A stretch of DNA of 64,000 bases. It comes from Moniliella sp. 'wahieum'. Its lineage: Eukaryota. The notes beneath the pieces were generated by a model. That model had not been told where the DNA came from, made no database searches, and was given only the letters and a program-made list of their open reading frames with translations. The stretch's first letter is position 1. Each line of letters begins with the position of its first letter. Position numbers and translations under genes: made by a program. Where the stretch lies: assembly GCA_003971905.1 (NCBI GenBank), contig RSEE01000053.1, positions 310,001 to 374,000 of the forward strand, written 5' to 3'. Positions 63,272 through 64,000 of the stretch are shown here, piece after piece.

Positions 63272-64000
63272 CGACGATCCAATCCGTCGTCGACGATGTT
63301 GCGCAGAAGGCGTATCCCACTGCGTCGGAGGGGCCCGATGCGGCGGGGTCACGGGATAAACCCGAACCAACACATAGCTGCCATCCACCCCCATCCCTGT
63401 CCCCGATAATAGACTCTTAATTGCCTGCTTTCCGCATGATCCAGTTCAAACACTTGTGGCGGTGACGGTCTAAGCCAACCCTCAACGCCTATTACCAGAG
63501 GAACACCAAGCAGCCACTCGACACCAGGGCTAAGCTGTGGAACAAGGAAAACAGGAGGAGGGGAAAACAACGTAACACCTATTAGGCCTGTGATGCATGA
63601 TGAGGAACTGAAGGGACGTTAGTCACAAAACACACGAGCCACCCGGCGGCTCAGCAAACGTCCGAAGAGGGAAGAACTATGGTCCGTAGACGAAATGGGG
63701 CTGTTAGCCCCGCGGACATCTGCCGAGATGACATCGATGACAGGTATATTAGCTCGCTGGTTGTGATCAGCCGCGGAGCTGTGGAAAGAGAGAGGGCCTG
63801 TTGGACAGGCTGTATATGGAAACGTGTAGTCCGCGCCCGCCGTCGTGCGAGTACCCACTGCCACTCCTCTTATTTCCGCGGGGCTAGCTAGGCCGCCGGA
63901 AGGTGCGCTCGGCATGGTTGAAGAGGGACCCAGGCTGAGTCGAGATGCGCGGGTGTGGGGACATCGTATGCGATGGGGGGGTGGTGATGTCAATTAATGT

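Overview
Eukaryotic, GC-rich, intron-poor fungal DNA; gene content and intron style suggest a basidiomycete (inference). From left to right: a decayed Ty1/Copia retrotransposon, then a C2H2 transcription factor, an IDCase-like amidohydrolase, a BOS1-type SNARE, a Skg3/Caf120-like PH protein, an AGC kinase, CRAL-TRIO and IML2/TTC39 coding regions (possibly one gene), prephenate dehydratase, a Dpb11-like BRCT protein, SmD2, Prp17, an MFS transporter, Snu114, Pus4, Rpc40, a J-domain protein, a penta-EF-hand protein, hexokinase and a PPPDE/DeSI peptidase. There are three intron-containing tRNA genes (Asn, Gln, Phe) and a U49-like C/D snoRNA. Nearly every gene is frameshifted, most likely from assembly indel errors, so CDS boundaries are approximate. 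The strongest signal is two minus-strand elements sharing Helitron-type termini (5'-TCTCCCTT ... twin hairpins ... GGTCTTCTAG-3', inserted at A|T). One is empty and has a tandemly duplicated 5' end; the other carries an uninterrupted 207-aa ORF for a restriction-like endonuclease domain of CRE/Cnl1/MoTeR-type non-LTR retroelements. A probable two-intron tRNA-Phe is also notable.
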